DNA of 64,000 bases from an uncultured Thermus sp. (GTDB lineage: Bacteria > Deinococcota > Deinococci > Deinococcales > Thermaceae). This document shows positions 61,644-64,000 of the stretch, one piece after another (position 1 is the stretch's first letter; each line of letters opens with the position of its first letter). The position numbers were made by a program, and so were the translations under genes. The stretch spans positions 32,001 through 96,000 of the forward strand of contig CAMTVD010000014.1 of NCBI GenBank assembly GCA_947085095.1. Direction: 5' to 3'. The notes under the pieces are model-generated. The model was not told where the DNA came from and did not search any database. It saw only the letters and a program-made list of their open reading frames with translations.

Positions 61644-62851
61644 GGCTTCCCTTCCTTCTCCCCTTTTTGGCCCTGGCCCTGGGCCAGACCCTCTACCTGC
61701 CCTTAGACGACCGCCCCCCGAACCTTGGGCCTTGCGCCTGGGGGCTTGTCCTTTGCCCGCCCGAGGCGGTCTACCGGGGGCCCGAGGGGGCGGACCTCGA
61801 GGGCCTCTTGTCCTGGCTCATGGCCACCCCGGGGGAGGGGTTGGTGGCCAGCCTGGACGCCCTGGCCTATGGGGGGCTCCTCCAAAGCCGCCACCTTCCC
61901 CTTTCCCCCGAAGAAGCCCTGGCACGGCTGGACCCCCTCCTTTCCTGGAGAGGGCGCTACGGGGGGGCGCTTTACCTTTTTGGCGTCGTCCCGCGGTGGG
62001 ATGCCAGCAGGCGGGAGCGGAACCTCGAGGTCCTAAAGGCCCTCGCCCCCTGGGCGGGGCTTGGGGGGATCTATCGGGAGGTTGTCTGGGACGATGCCAT
62101 CCGGGGCTCTCCCGCTCCCAGGGAGGCCGCCACCCTCCCCTACCCTTCCCGTCCCGGGGCCGACGAGGCGGGGCAGGTTCTCCTCCTCAGGGCCTTGAGG
62201 CCTGGGCTTCGGGTGGCCACAGTCTACGAGGACCCTTCGCTGGCAGAGCGGGTGACCCCCTACGAGGGCCTTCCCCTGGGGGAGACCGTGGCCCGCCTCC
62301 TGAAGAGCGCCGCTGCCAGGTCCGTGGCCCTAGGGGAGAGGGCGGACCTCGTCCTCTACGTTTATGCTGGGGAAAACCCCCGTCAGGCCGTCCTGGACCT
62401 TCTCCGCCTCATGCCCCGCCACCCCGTGGCCTTGGCCGACATCTCCCGGGTCAACCGGGGGGACCCGGGGCTCATGGCCTACCTCCAGGGCCTGGGCCTC
62501 TACGCCCGCCTTTTCGCCTACGCCTCTTGGGGAACCCCCGCCAACAACCTGGGGAGCGCTCTGGCCCAGGGGGGGCTTTTCCTGGAGGACTGGGAGGGGC
62601 GGCTTCTGCGGCTCGCCGAGGCCTATTTCCACTACTGGTGGGGGGAGGTGGGAAGGCCCTACGTGCGGGCCCGCTTTTCCGAGCCCCTGCGGGAGGAAGC
62701 CCAGGAGGTGGCCGCCCTTTGGCCCTATGCCGAGCTCGGGGGCAGGCGGCTGGACCTCCTGGGGTTGCGCTTCCCCTGGGGGCGTGCCTTTGAGGCTGCG
62801 CCCGCCTGGGCCTGGGTTCCCCTGGCCCGGGGTCTGGGCCTGGTAGAATAG
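61640..62851 (+). CDS. DUF4127-like exported hypothetical protein
   Basis: Signal peptide, then [22 protein letters not shown] and YASWGT..N..G. Confidence 0.7.
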   Translation: MRLPFLLPFLALALGQTLYLPLDDRPPNLGPCAWGLVLCPPEAVYRGPEGADLEGLLSWLMATPGEGLVASLDALAYGGLLQSRHLPLSPEEALARLDPLLSWRGRYGGALYLFGVVPRWDASRRERNLEVLKALAPWAGLGGIYREVVWDDAIRGSPAPREAATLPYPSRPGADEAGQVLLLRALRPGLRVATVYEDPSLAERVTPYEGLPLGETVARLLKSAAARSVALGERADLVLYVYAGENPRQAVLDLLRLMPRHPVALADISRVNRGDPGLMAYLQGLGLYARLFAYASWGTPANNLGSALAQGGLFLEDWEGRLLRLAEAYFHYWWGEVGRPYVRARFSEPLREEAQEVAALWPYAELGGRRLDLLGLRFPWGRAFEAAPAWAWVPLARGLGLVE

Positions 62852-62858
62852 CCCGAGC

Positions 62859-64000
62859 ATGGTTTCCCGAGCCCTGGAGCTGAAGCGCCTCGAGGCCCTG
62901 GCCCAGGCCTTCCGTCTCCTCGCTCCCCTCATGAGCAGGGAAGAGGTCTACAAAAAGACCGTCCAGGCCCTCAAGGAGAACACCCGGGCGGTTTCCGCCC
63001 TCCTTTGGCTTTACCGGCCGGAGGAGGACCAGCTGGAGCTGGTGGCGGCGGCGGGGCTTTCCGCCTCTCGGGTGGGTTTTCGCGTTCCCCGGGGACAGGG
63101 GGTTTCCTGGGAGGTGCTGGAAAAGGGGGAGGCCCTCTTTCTCCCCGATGTCTCCCGGGACCCACGGGTGGTCTTTCTCTCGGGGAAGCGGCAGGCCGGG
63201 GCCTACCTGGGGGTGCCCCTGAGGAGCCCGGAGGGGCAGGTTTTGGGGGTGCTCTCCCTGGACACCGCCGGGGGCGTGGGGGAGATTCTGCCCGAGGAGC
63301 GCTTCCTGGCCCAGGCCCTGGCGGAGGCGGCGGGGGTGGTCCTCTCCCGGATTGGGGCCTTGGAGAGGGCCAGGCTCGAGGCGGAGCGCCACAAGGCCCT
63401 CCTGGACCTCTCCTTGAGCCTGGAGGCTTCCCGGGAGCCCCTGGCCATGGCCCAGGAGGCCCTGGAGACCCTCCTCCGCCTCACCCCCTACCACGGGGGG
63501 GCCCTCTACCTCTTCCAGGAGGGGGTGGTGCGGCCTGCGGTGTACACCGGCCGCTACCCCCCGGGTTTTCCCCGCCTCTACGAGGTCCACCCCATCCGCT
63601 TCGGGGAGGGGCTTCTGGGCCATCCCCGGCTTTGGGAGGGGCCGGTCTACGTGGAGGACTACGCCCGCTTTCCCGGAAGCCTGAAGCCCTTCGCCGAAAG
63701 CGGCCTGCGCTCCGCCCTTCTGGTGCCCCTCAAGCCCGAGGGGCGGCGCTACGGGGTCCTGGCCCTGGGGAGCTTCGGGGAGGCCATCCCCTTCCGCCCG
63801 GAGGACGAGGCCGTCCTGAGGGTGGTGGGCCGGAGGCTGGAGGAGGCCCTGGAGCGCCTCTTCCAGCTGGAAACCCTTCGCCTCACCCGCGAGGCCGCCC
63901 TCAAGGCCCTCTCCCGGGTGCTGGAGTACCGGGACCTGGAAACCCAGGGGCACACGGAGCGGGTGGCCGAGCTTTCCGTGCGCTTGGGGCAGGCCCTGGG
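62859..64000 (+). CDS. GAF + HD-GYP domain phosphodiesterase, 3'-truncated by the window edge
   Basis: Not in the ORF track because it has no stop in the window. Two GAF-like units (YLGVPL...VLGVLSL; SALLVPL...YGVL), then LEYRDLETQGHTERV. Confidence 0.88.
   Translation, partial: MVSRALELKRLEALAQAFRLLAPLMSREEVYKKTVQALKENTRAVSALLWLYRPEEDQLELVAAAGLSASRVGFRVPRGQGVSWEVLEKGEALFLPDVSRDPRVVFLSGKRQAGAYLGVPLRSPEGQVLGVLSLDTAGGVGEILPEERFLAQALAEAAGVVLSRIGALERARLEAERHKALLDLSLSLEASREPLAMAQEALETLLRLTPYHGGALYLFQEGVVRPAVYTGRYPPGFPRLYEVHPIRFGEGLLGHPRLWEGPVYVEDYARFPGSLKPFAESGLRSALLVPLKPEGRRYGVLALGSFGEAIPFRPEDEAVLRVVGRRLEEALERLFQLETLRLTREAALKALSRVLEYRDLETQGHTERVAELSVRLGQAL

Overview
GC-rich, tightly packed chromosomal window. 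The proteins look like Thermus (Deinococcota); that assignment is inferred from recognisable orthologues and codon style. It is mostly housekeeping: rsmI, pfkA, pheST, priA, alr, yvcK/rapZ, proBA, leuS, rlmN, moaDE, hrcA, glnK-amtB, trmL, surE, aspC, lspA, rpmB, tgt, ispG, fabI, zapE, deoB, cdaA/cdaR, def, fmt and trxB, plus four tRNAs (Arg-ACG, Gln-CTG, Glu-TTC, Glu-CTC). I found no IS, prophage or CRISPR array. The most notable unexplained structures are: (1) a complete classical leader-peptide attenuator upstream of leuS, with a leaderless 8-codon uORF carrying one CUA Leu codon and mutually exclusive 1:2, 2:3 and 3:4 hairpins; (2) an MNT-HEPN toxin-antitoxin pair bracketed by an exact 37-bp direct repeat that is in frame in both genes; (3) pervasive leaderless TANNNT-N6-9-start promoters, including two 18-bp bidirectional ones; (4) avoidance of TCGA except within an over-abundant CCTCGAGG palindrome; (5) a tRNA spacer complementary to the downstream terminator; (6) an intragenic low-GC patch; and (7) several probable pseudo-enzymes and gene remnants. 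All counts and pairings were done by eye.
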